A stretch of 61,282 bases of DNA, filler included, from Bipalium vagum (lineage: Eukaryota), in assembly GCA_037834085.1 (NCBI GenBank). It is 3 parts of 3 records of this genome, joined end to end, with 100 filler letters (N's around TTAATTAATTAA, not from the genome) between each part and the next. Parts side by side here need not be neighbours in the genome. Positions count along the whole stretch, not along the records: positions 39,740 to 61,282 come from JBBMKC010235814.1; 2 more parts are not named here. One strand, written 5' to 3'. Position 1 is the stretch's first letter; every line of letters starts with the position of its first letter. Of this stretch, positions 50,158-61,282 are shown piece by piece. A model generated the notes under the pieces. That model searched no databases, was not told the DNA's origin, and saw nothing but the letters and a program-made list of their open reading frames with translations. Both the position numbers and the translations under genes were made by a program.

Positions 50158-53100
50158 ATGGTGAAAATGAACCGCCTCTGCCGTCGCCGCGACCATGTCT
50201 TCGAGACCATCAGTGCGAAGTAACATCGTTTCAGATCGTCAATGGAGACTAAAACCATGTCTGTTTTTGAACCCTGTTTCCTCCTCTCATTTTTTGTATA
50301 TAAATAAAGCGAAATCTCTCGTGTTTTATTGTCTTTGTTCTCCTTACGATTGTCTGCTATCTTCTGCCGTGTTGATAATGTTCATGTTTTGAAGAAAGAG
50401 AGAAATAGAGAAAGAAATACCAGGGTTCGAGAAAGTCCAAGATTATTATTATCATTATTATTGGCATGCATTTATTGATGATTGTAAATATATTTTTTGT
50501 CTTAGCTGTTGTTCTTTGCGAATTTTATTGTCTTTTTCATCGGGAGAATAATGAAAGAAATTTGGATATTTGTGGTTGAGCACTATTTTTTGTATTATTG
50601 ATTTATTGTACATTTGTATTGGTTTTTTTTATTTTGTATAATTAATAATGAATAATAATAAAAATTATAAATAATAATGATAACAAAAAGTAAATAATAA
50701 TCATTATAAAAATAATATTTCGTTGTTTAACAGTTTTGGTCTCTTGAAATGATGTGACTCAGGTTATTATCGATTTTTCTGAATATTAAATTCACTTGCA
50801 CTTGTCAAAAATCGATTTTTAAATTTTGGTTTCAGTTCTGTTTTCCATTTTTATTGTGGGTTCTGTCCATGACTCTGCTGTAACTTATGCTTTATGATTT
50901 TTCTTTGGCTTTTCTCATTTTAAACTGAAAGTTTGTTGCACATATTGATCTTTTTAAAATTCTATATTCAAATATGTTGAGAGGGTGCTTTTTGAATTGG
51001 AATTTAGCTTTTAGATGTATTATATTATATGTACAAAATGTATTTTTTTAACATAGAAATATAGAATAATAAATTCTTAATTTTTTATCGTTTCTTTTTG
51101 ATCGAGTTTTATTTTATGTTTTCATTTTATTTATCACGAATAAATTTCTCTTTATTCAGTATTTCTTTAATTACTTTCAAATAATTGTGGTAAATATAAT
51201 TCAAGAAGCCATTCAAAGTTGACTGAGGAACTTCATCAATGGTATAGACAATTTCTCTTAATTTTTTAGACGACTGAAGTCTTTGTCACTGAAAGATTTG
51301 AAAAGAAATAAGTAATAATTTTATTAATTCTTTTCTCATTTATATAAGATAAAAGAATAATTATCAAGTATCCAGAAATCGTTATATTAGTTCGGTAGGA
51401 ATGTCACTGCGGATTTTTTTGCATGATTTAAAAATCAAGTTAAGTTTTAAGGCTTATTCAAAAAAATATATTCCTACGTTATTATTGATGTCCCATGGTT
51501 AACACTTAATGCCATCTCTGAAAAACAAGTCGTATTTCGATTCCAAGAAATCCTTCATTACCTTTTCGATAGCAATATTATATTTGAATATCTCTTTCAA
51601 AAAGCACTGCATTGATCTAAATAAATGAAAGTCTGGCAATTTCAAATCTTCGTGGTGGGTTTGGAAAGCTTTCCCAACCGAACTCCTTAACCTTATTAGT
51701 GATTTCGGCTACATGCGGTTTGGTATTGTCTCTATGGAGTATGATTCATTTTCTATTTATCAGCAACGCCTGCTTAATTATCAATGCCTGTCTGAAATGA
51801 TCTAACTGCTGCCAATATATTTCGGCAGTAACTGTTTAAAGTAACATATTTAACAATGTTCCGCCACTCAGACAAAATTACTTTTGTGATTGTTAACCTG
51901 ATTTATAGAGCTTAAAATATTATGGTGTGTTATCTTGGATACATTGATCAAATTACCCAGTAAACCTCTAACTAATGGTGACATAAGGAGAGACAAGCAA
52001 AGAATGAATTCATGAAGCATTATCTATTTCTACCATATATTAATATATTGCTGAGTGACTTGATATATTCAATACTTTCAAATAACCAATTAAAATAAAA
52101 ATTAATAGATAATGCTGTAACCAGTTAATTAATATCTGCTGATTCCGATAGTTCTTGAAATTCAAGCATGCCAGATTTAATGAATATTTATTAATAATTT
52201 TTGAGGTCTGTGCCTCTAAAAATCATTCAGTTTTGGTCCACTGGCTGTACTTTGGACATCACTTCTCTAAATGATATAAAATTAGATTAACAAAGAAACT
52301 CCTGCTCAGTTTTCCAAAGAAATTGGAAAGGCCTATTTCATTAAATTACTTTACATAATAATATCAGCTGAATAAAATGGGATTTCATTTTCGTTTTTTG
52401 TATGACATTTTAATTATTTCTTTCATTTCAAATCATTAATTTTTAGTCAAAATTTCAATAAAAGTTCTTGTCTTGTATCAGGCTGCTTCACATTGTAAAT
52501 TACATTGTCACTTACATCCAAAGAAAGGTGATGGTGACTGTTTGGTGGTATGTAGTCAGTCTCATACATTGAAGTTTCTTAAACCCAGGTGAAAGTAATA
52601 CGACAAAGAAATGTGATAAAATCAACGAGACGCACTTGACAAATCGACAAGAACAGCCATCATTATTCAATTGGAAAGGAACCATTCTTCTCCCTGATAA
52701 GACTCGACCACATGTGTCACAATCGAAATTGGAACTACGAAACCTTGCCTCGTGTACATACTCACCAAACCTTTTGTCCACTGACTTACTTATCAAAACA
52801 TTTGCAAAGCCTTTTAAAGGGAAATCAGAATGATCCCAAAATGTCCTCAAAATTTATATCGATTCAATAACCCCGGAATTTTACTCCAGGAGGCATAAAT
52901 AATTTTCTGATTTAGCTAAATTGTATTGAATCAAATTGTATTAAATTGTATTAAATTGTATTGGTTCTTATTTCGATTAATTATGTTTTGTTTTTATTAA
53001 AATATATTCATTAACAGTTCAATGTTAAAAGACCACATTATTTTTTGAATCGCGAAATAAATGGAAAATATGAAATCTTTAAAACAAATATTTTTCTGCT

Positions 53101-54919
53101 ATGGGTTATCGTGTAATAAAACCCAAACACTTAAATAATTAAAATTTCATTTTATAATGTGTACTTAGTTGTTCGAAGACTAATCTGATGCTCGGTTTAT
53201 TATTTTTTAATTTATCAATAAAATAATAAAAATTGAATTGGTCATCAAAAGTATTCTTAATGTCAAAACAAAATCAATCCGCGATTAATTATTTAAAATT
53301 GATTTTGTGTATTTCATCAACAATATCTAAAAAAATATTAATTATAATTAATTGATTAATATTTTGAGTACTTATTTTTTCATTTTTAATCTTATTTATA
53401 TTTATTTGGAACATAACATAAACCCGTATTTAGTATTTATTTATTATACATAAATTAATAATGTGTTAAAAGCCTTTATTCGAGAACCTTGATTACCGAT
53501 TCACATGATAAATTATTTTTAAATCTTAATGAACTTAAAAGACGTTTAATTCATGATAAAATTTTTGAAGACCAACGGTGATAATTGGTGAGAATGGGGT
53601 TTTTAATAAATCTAAATGCACCAAAACGATTTCTACTTCCGGTGACCCATGCAAGGCAAGTCAAAAAAGGAATTTCCATCTATATCAGGCTATTAAATGT
53701 ATAATTTAATATAGATACCCTCACTCGCCTAATATGGATTGAATATAAAAAATATACTTTTCTAAAGCTACAGTTTTAAAATACGATGTATTGTAGATTT
53801 TTTATAAGGGTATATATATTTAGAGTAGACATTTTATTTTTAAAATACAATGTGCACAATATAAATATTGGTGCTGTGACCAAACCATTCAATTATGTTT
53901 TTTTGACTTTCTTCCGGTGGGAAGTGATCCAAATACTGTTGTTCTGTGGTCATATTTTGAACCCATGACTAATATTAAATAATTCAAATTTGATTATTCT
54001 ATTTTATTGATAAATTACCTTACTTAAAAATTAATTATATTGATTACTCAAATATTCTTTTTTAGTATAACTTTGAAAATGTTTCGGATATATTTTGACG
54101 ATACCGTAGCAAAAAGATACAATATAGTATTTTTGGTAAATGAAAATCACGTATTTTAAACACAACGATTTCTAATTCTTAAAATTTCTGATTTTTTTGG
54201 GTTAATGACTAACTAAATTATTGAGTACTAATTAAAAAAATGCGAATTGTAAGACTGTTACCTGAAAATATTTTTATTGTGGCAAGTGTAACTTGAATTT
54301 TTATATTTTCTAATTACTTATTTTTAGTTTTCTTAAGATTTTTGGTTTTACCATATTTTCTGTGAATTTTTTGTCTATTCCTTCCTGAAATGGTTTTTAT
54401 TCATATAGTTTTCATTATGTAAAATTTTTCAAATAATAATTTTATGTTACTATTTTTAGATTTAACGTTTTATTATGAACAATTATATAATAGCAGCACT
54501 ATGTTATATATTAAATTTTTATTAGTAATTTTATGTTACTAAGTTATTTTTTACAAATTTATGTACAACATGTCACCAAATGAATATTTTATTATTAATA
54601 TAATTATAATTTCTATATTTTTATAATTTTATTTTATGCTAATTCATATTTATATTATAATATAGTTCTGTTAATAAGGAAAAGAAGGATAATTATATTC
54701 TTGTCTATTACGGTTACTTTTCCAACAAGAATAAATTATATTTTCCACAAATTATCAACAATTGTTTTATTAGAATTCTTTATTATTAACTGATACTCTT
54801 GATTTATTAATATTTTTCCAATCACATTTCAGAGGATATCGAAGAGAAACCCTCAGCTCCTACGATCAAAATTAGGAGGTATTAAATCAATGATAAATAT
54901 TAATACAAAATCAGTTTGA
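50158..54919 (+). CDS. Putative small basic orphan protein from four micro-exons (50158-50219, 51270-51311, 53571-53655, 54833-54919); possibly 5'-extended
   Basis: Three consecutive phase-compatible junctions (2, 2, 0), including an AAG|GCAAGT GC donor, give a 91-aa open frame MVKMNRLCRRRDHVFETISAKRLKSLSLKDLKRNKPTVIIGENGVFNKSKCTKTISTSGDPCKRISKRNPQLLRSKLGG... No recognisable family. Confidence 0.4.
51385..51900 (-). mobile_element. Mariner 3' half relic
   Basis: TIR-like TATTAGTTCGGTAGGAATGTC; minus-strand HRDNTKPHVA, EFGWE, DFHLFRSMQ. Confidence 0.75.
52510..52980 (+). mobile_element. Mariner catalytic-domain relic
   Basis: HPKKVMVTVWW...FLNPGES, NWKGTILLPDKTRPHVS, YSPNLLSTD. Confidence 0.8.
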
Positions 54920-55109
54920 TAATTCGGTTACGTCTTTGTTACTATTAGGAATATCTTTTCTGCTTAATTGAACCTTAACGTGTAATATTTTTTTAAACGG
55001 TTCAATATTTAATACCGTATTGTATATGATGTTGAGATTAATAAACTTGTTTCTTGATTAGAAAAAAGTGTAGATAATAAAGGATTTACTTTTCAATAGA
55101 AAACTCTTG

Positions 55110-55565
55110 TTATTTGCTTTTAAAGTCAACCAGAAAATCCAAAATTTCTTCTTCAGTAATTTTTTCTTATAATTGATTTTATTATGATAGCAAGGTTTAA
55201 TGTGAATTACCAGTTCCAATTTCTTTTCGTTTCGAATCTCCTGGTAAAGTGTATTTCATTCTTTGTTTAAATTAAATTAAAATTAACATTATAAAAAACT
55301 CTGTAATAATTAATTAATTAATAAATACTTTTTCGAAATGCCTTCCTTGTTACTTTTAGTTTCATGGTCCACTTTTACTCTAAAATCTTCTTGTCTAATC
55401 GTAACAGAAATTTTTATATCATTCCTTGAACTTGTATTATTATGTGATAATAATTGGTAATATATTATGATTATTTTATTTCACGCAAGAAAAAATTATT
55501 TTTTCAAATCTTCAGAATCTTTTGTATAAAAATATACCATCTGCCTAAGCCGAAGATAATATTTT
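55110..55565 (-). CDS. Putative divergent alpha-crystallin/HSP20-like domain from four small exons (55565-55538, 55430-55329, 55260-55211, 55165-55110); possibly a pseudogene
   Basis: GT-AG introns of 107, 68 and 45 nt with compatible phases give NIIFGLGRCSRNDIKISVTIRQEDFRVKVDHETKSNKEGISKKMKYTLPGDSKRKEIGTEKITEEEILDFLVDFKSK*, which aligns by eye to the ACD pattern (DI.V.V / V...HE.K / G.IS...Y.LP / I....L). Confidence 0.4.
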
Positions 55566-56221
55566 CTGATTAATATTCAGGAATTTATTATTTCGTTATT
55601 ATGGTTTACTATAAATACTTTTCCGCATTACCAATTATGAGGAAGTTGGTGGAGAAATATTAAAAACAAATTTTCTTTCAGATTTCTCAGTTGTGTTTTC
55701 AATAATTATATTTCCTTCATTCATTAAAACAATAATTAGTTTCCTTTGTGCTCTAATGTCATTGGTATTACCAAAAACAGTCAAGATCATCTGGTTTTTT
55801 ACACTTTTCCGACGATAGACAAATATTATATAAATGTTTTAATAGAGAAATAATTATTAAACTAATAAAATAAATAAATAATTTCTTTGTTATAAAATTA
55901 AAAAATATTAATTAATTTTTTTAAAAATAAATTTTAATTAAAAAATATATTTATTAAAACCCGAATAAGGAACCAGGAACACAAGTAATAAATAAATACT
56001 TCCATTTATTATTTTTCTGTTTTTTATTTGTCTTCTCAATCATTCATAAATTATTTTTGAATGGATTGTTATTTTTTATTGTTAAATATTGTGACAAGAA
56101 GAAGAAAATGAAAAAGTCAGTTTAAAAAACAATTTATTAATATTAATTAAAGAATGTCATTGGATATAATATATATTAATTATTAATATACGACTGATTA
56201 TTACCCTTTCTAGAATATATA

Positions 56222-56789
56222 CAAGGTGTCTCAAAAAATGTATAAACACTTTAAATACAAATCGTTATGTACTTTTAAGTCCTTATTACTTGTTTTATAG
56301 TTTGTTTAAATACTCCAATAGCTGGTAGGAAATTACCGCTATTTTAAGCATATAAATTTATTATTAAAGGTTGAATGATGAAAAGTAGGTTGAACTTTGA
56401 ACAGAGAAAATTTATTATCAATAATTACTTCATGTTTGAAAACATAAAATAGGTACAAATCCTGTTCAAGAAAGAATTTCAGATAGATCCTCCAACAAGA
56501 CTGACAATCAGTCGAATAAAGGATAAATTTGAAAAAGATGGAACTATTAATAATGTCAACAAGAGCCGTTCTGGAAGACGGAGAATATCGACAAGAACCA
56601 CAAAGGAAGAAAGAATACTGGACTTGTTTAATTGAAGTCCACAAACATCATTGAGACAAGCAAGTTTTGAACTAGGAATCTCAAAAGATTCTGTTCAACG
56701 AACTTTGAAGCGCTGCCATATGAAATGCTACATATCGAGGTTAGTTCACATTTTATTTAAAGTGTATAAACATTTTTTAAGACACCATG
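56222..56789 (+). mobile_element. Non-autonomous Tc1-like (DUF4817-type) element
   Basis: About 36-bp TIRs CA(A/T)GGTGTCT(C/T)AAAAAATGT..A.ACACTTTAAATA with TA TSDs; NFEQRKFII...PPTRLTISRIRDKFEKDGTI...RSGR...[10 protein letters not shown]. Confidence 0.9.
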
Positions 56790-57119
56790 TATAATTAAAT
56801 TTTAATATTATTTTTAAAATAAAACAAAAATGAAGAAATGAATAATTTTTAAAAAATTTTTCAATTGAGAATTTGAAAAGGTTAAAATCACAAAAATGGT
56901 GCAGAGCGTACATGATTTTTTAAGAGAATCTATAAATTTGTTAATATTTACATATTTTTTTTGTTTTAATCAAGTACAAATAAGAAAATGATTTTTTTAT
57001 TGATTTTTGGAGAATGTTTACAGAAATTTTTAACTAAATTCTATTTGTAATAAATGTTAAGAAAATATCAGATTAAAATTCAGCGAGTAATATAGAAAAA
57101 TATCTAAAATACATGAGTT

Positions 57120-57547
57120 TCAGTCATGAGTTAGTACTTCAAAATGGTCTTCCTTAAATTGAGTCTGGACTGCATCTTTCAATTTGGAAACATTTTCCGG
57201 GTCTCTATTCGAATTGGATTTATTAGGTAGGTTTATTTTCTGCAGACCGGCTTTCTTTTTAAATTGTGTTTTAACAAATGTCAAAAGTGCAAGTTGAACT
57301 TTTTTTGATAAATACATCAAAAATAAAGGCAGAGGAGAAAAGAATATCGACCATAGGCAAGCACTTGATGCTAAATCAGCGTCTGGCTGATCTAAAGAAT
57401 ATCTCAGAGCCGGAATAAGTATGAGACCGTTGGATAAAGCCGTTTCAACACTTAATGAGCAAGTCACATCTTTGCTTTGCTTAGCACTTGAGAAATAACC
57501 TGAGACACTTCCCACTACAAATCCGCATAACATTAGAATAAGAACAC
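57120..57547 (-). CDS. Terminal exon of an SLC10 (sodium/bile-acid symporter family) transporter
   Basis: Acceptor ttttaatatttag|; GFVVG..SGY....Q.......SVETALSN.......L.YSL.QPDADLA matches the SLC10 C-terminal ET.xQN / QP.ADL region, followed by a TM segment and cytoplasmic tail. Upstream exons not found in the window. Confidence 0.75.
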
Positions 57548-57689
57548 CTAAATATTAAAAATATCAAATATTAAAGTTATATATAAATTTTAATTTTATG
57601 AATTTTAATTTTTCAAAATAAATGGATCACATGATTATATAATAGGGTAGATTTGGTGAGAGCAGGAAAGAAACTCCTTAATACAAACA

Positions 57690-58740
57690 TAAAAAGGTGG
57701 AATAAGCGAATGAAAACGTTGGGATTTAAGGTAACATAAATAAAGGATATATTTTTATTTAATGTTACTCATATATTATTAAGTAATTTAAAGAGACTTT
57801 GCCTGAAATTATTATTTCCATTTTAATTAACCAATATTAGAAAACCAAAACAGCATTCCTCTTAAAAACAGAATGTCCACAAATGGGGTTAGGAATTCAG
57901 ACAGTATCACACAAGCCTGGAAAATGACCACAGTTCTGATCGCCCAAAATCGTACAGTACTCCGTAAATCGTTCAAAAAATACATAAAGTGGTTTTCCAA
58001 GTTCTTCGATTGAAGGTATCAGATATAGCTAGCAGAATGGACATATCAACCGAACTAATGCATTTTATTTTTCAAAATGAATTATACATGAAAAAAAGAA
58101 CGGTAGAATGGTGCCGCGTTTGCTTACAGTTTGTGCGAAGATTTTTTATCACAGATGAGATATGGGTTCATACTACACCTCAAAAAGTGATGACCGTTAA
58201 ATCTGCTGCTGAGGTTATGGAATCAATATTTTAGGATGCCAATGAAATTCTTATGATTGATTATCTCCAAAAAGATGAAACAATCAATGGAAAGTATTAC
58301 AAAAACCTGTTGGAAAAATTGGATACCGTCATAAAAGGGAAAAGATCGGTTTGCAGAAAAAGAAAATTATTTTTCATCAAGATAATGCATATCTACATGG
58401 GGTATTAATTGAAATGGCAAAAATCAATGAATTAATGTACGAACTTCTTCACAATCCCTCATATTCACCAGATTTGGCTCCCTCTGAATTTTCTCTGATC
58501 CAAATGCTGAAAATTTTTCCTAGTGGAAAGCGCTTTTTCATTTCAGTGGAGGTTTATGAAGCGTAAAGTATTATTTTGGAACCCTTGACGAAAACCATTT
58601 TTGAGAGGACATAATGGCCTTAGAACATCGTTGGCAGAAGTGCACTAATCTTAAGGGAAATTATGTTGAAACATGTGATTTTTGTTAAAATAAAACTTGT
58701 TTTCTTTTTTCATTTCGCGAACTTTTGGCAACCACCCTCT
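57690..58740 (+). mobile_element. Decayed mariner transposon within the SLC10 intron
   Basis: RRFFITDEIWVH, IDYLQK.ETINGKYY, IFHQDNA, YSPDLAPSEF, LEHRWQKC.NLKGNYVE. Confidence 0.9.
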
Positions 58741-58999
58741 TAATAATGATTTTGGTTATGGAATTTCTAATGGAATGCGACCTAGTTATTTTTAATATTT
58801 ATGTTCACAAAGATCGACGAAAGATCTGACTTATAAATTCTTATACTTGTGTTCGCTAGTAAATAACACTTTTCGAAACAAATAAACAAATAATAGGTAA
58901 CAATATTCAATCAATACACACAATATTTACAGCTGTAATGTCTTAAAATGTCTCAAATTACTCCATTGTGTAATTTAAGACCTAACATCATGGTTTGAT

Positions 59000-59300
59000 A
59001 TTTCTCATTGAAGAAAAGAAATTTGAAGATAATGAAGATAGAAACAGCTATCATCACTCTTTGTCAACAAAAATCAAATGAAATAATGGTAACTCATCCA
59101 GTCAGACGACTATTCAGGTTCACCATTTACACCAAATACGGAAGATAAAAAAGCTCAAAAATTGGGAACGTCGTGAGCTAATTGAAAATCTGAAAACTTG
59201 TTATTTTGAAGTGACATTTTCACAGTTTTTGCCTAATATTGTCCGGTTATGTTATCGAATCAGAATTTTTGATGAAAAATTGATTTGATGTAACAATGTG
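59000..59300 (+). mobile_element. Mariner N-terminal fragment
   Basis: TIQVHHLHQIRK.KKL..W..REL.EN and RIRIFDEK fragments. Confidence 0.5.
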
Positions 59301-61282
59301 ATATGAACTCAACCAATTTTTCAATATATTACTTGCTGGCGTTTCCTTGAATCAGTTCTGTTGAGTCTTATAAATCTCTTTTAGGCTTCATGTTAATTAG
59401 AATTGTAAATAAATATTGTGTTCAAAAATTAATTAACTTTGATTATAATTGATTAATTAGTGCAGTACGAGTTTAATATTCCTCCAGTAGTTATATTATG
59501 GTCGGGGAAATTTCAATCAAAAGGCAACCAAAACGATTGTGGTAAGTAATTAAAAATTATTCGAAATACATCACTACACCCCTGAATGTCTGTTTCGGTG
59601 AAAGACCTGAAATTTTCAACAGGAATAAATTCAAAGTATTTTAATCATATCTAAATCGAAAACCAGGAATAAAGTCATTATCATTCTGTAAAGATAAAGA
59701 TTGACGTCAGTATTAACTGAACGTTAGTCTGAAGAAAGAAATTACAGATCAAAATAGTGTGGTAAAAGAAAGCAAGCCATAGTCAGAAAAAGAATGATAA
59801 ATTCACGGTTTATAAAGTAAGTATCCGATTTCAGAGCTTAGCAAAATATGTATGTCATCATTAAATATGTTCAAGTTACTTTTTTCTAAGAAATAGAATT
59901 TCCGAAATTTAATGTGTAATTGTTTTAATAAGTCGATTATATCGAATTAAATTGAAGTAAATTCAAATTTTATTAATGTTCTCAATTGAAGAAAGAGTGC
60001 AAATTGTTTTACTAATAGCTTTGATGGAATTATTCACATTAATCAGACGAAATTGAGGACATTTGAAATTGAAAAAATACCTACAACGAGGAAAATGAAG
60101 AAGATATCTGTAAAATTCACTGGCTGGGAACGCTTGTGGTCTTTGGAATCTTGGAAGACCATTAATTGAAGATGAAAAAAATATGCGAGATAAGTCAGGT
60201 TTGTGAAGAAGCACCTGATACATCACTAAGATCTTATGCTAAGGAAGTTGAATGTAGTTTACAGTCTCTTGGTGAGAGTGAAATAGTCTTACCCATAGTC
60301 AAGATGAAAATTATGAAAACCAGCATAAGTAATTCTTTTTTCTAAACAATATGAAAAGGATTCAGCTTTGGTAATCGTACATCTTTAATGATCAGCTAGA
60401 AAGCTTTTTAAAATAAATTTTAACAATAATAGAAAAATAAAGTCTGTTGTTCGTTGTCCATCTCTATTCACTTTTTAAGTCCTGAATGATGAAATGTTTG
60501 ACCACTCCTTATTCACTGGACGTTGTTATTAACTTCTATCATTTATTTAAGTTTCTGTATCATTCATGGACAGAAAATATTTTGAAATCTGGAGGCACCA
60601 TGACCCAACATGGTCAGTAAGGCCTGTGAACATTGAAAAAACGACACTTTTGTTAACAGTGATAGATAATGAATTTCTGATTACTTTTCTGGCCGTAATT
60701 AAAATTTGTCCCAATCTTTGTTTTATAAACCGAACGAAAAAACCGATTTTCAGCAGAAAATCTGTCGACTACAAATAAGAAAATGAATCTCCCCTGAAAT
60801 AGTAAACAGAAATATTAAAAATAGTCGCTTCTGAGGCTGAAATGTCAAGAATACTTATATCACAGAGAATTCCGAGGCTAGCACGAAGTGAAGGAACAAG
60901 AATTTAATTTTAAAGGACATATTTTGACATAGAGAAACAGATTTTTTCAATCCTATAACTGTAAACCATAATATTGTTAATTGGAAACCAATGTGTGAAC
61001 CAATTTACTGGTTCATTTTCGTGATCCAATATTTGAAAAAACATCGGCTTACCTGAACCGACTGAGAGTGTGAGACCTGTGATATTGTTTTCATTTGATC
61101 TGATTGTGAATATTCCATCCTAAGTTTTAACTATGGAAAGACTAGATATTATAAAATAACTCTTCTGAGTTTCATTGATCTTATTTTTATTTGTTTTAAT
61201 ATAATTCGTTTAAATTAATTATGTAATGATTTACTAAAATTAATATTAATATAAATAAAAAAGGTATTATTTATATTATTAT

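Noticed and set aside
51200-51269. SHSKLTEELHQWYRQFL resembling a neuronal calcium sensor N-terminus, or an extra 28-nt intron
   Set aside because: The frame is closed by a stop, no EF-hands follow, and splicing it to 51270 creates TGA.
52915-52962. Short tandem AAATTGTATT repeats (CRISPR-like?)
   Set aside because: A simple slippage duplication without spacers at the end of a mariner relic.
59570-61100. Possible decayed transposase (piggyBac-like) or upstream SLC10 exons
   Set aside because: No unambiguous motifs or phase-compatible hydrophobic exon found by eye.

Overview
Very AT-rich, intron-containing animal genomic DNA with four assembly gaps. The composition, (TAA)n microsatellites, transposon content and receptor type fit a free-living flatworm or similar invertebrate, but that assignment is inference. 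Most non-genic sequence is decayed DNA transposon: mariner, Tc1-like (including DUF4817/DD37D-type and IS630-like), pogo/Tigger with MITEs, and a Merlin fragment. There is also an internally deleted RLE-type non-LTR retrotransposon and a solo LTR with a 4-bp TSD. Well-supported genes: (1) an intronless NPY/NPF/PrRP-type peptide GPCR (32882-34390); (2) five exons of a divergent TAF1 C-terminal half (zinc knuckle plus tandem bromodomains, 40403-48100), in which bromodomain 2 lacks its acetyl-lysine-binding residues and no N-terminal exons are visible; (3) the last exon of an SLC10 sodium/bile-acid-type transporter (minus, 57120-57547); (4) an aberrant tRNA-Ala copy. By manual splice-phase analysis I also found two micro-exon gene models absent from the ORF track: a small basic orphan protein with a GC-AG intron (+, 50158-54919) and a divergent alpha-crystallin/small-HSP-like chain (-, 55110-55565). 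All homology calls come from recognising motifs by eye, not from database searches; transposon relic boundaries are approximate unless TIRs or TSDs are quoted.
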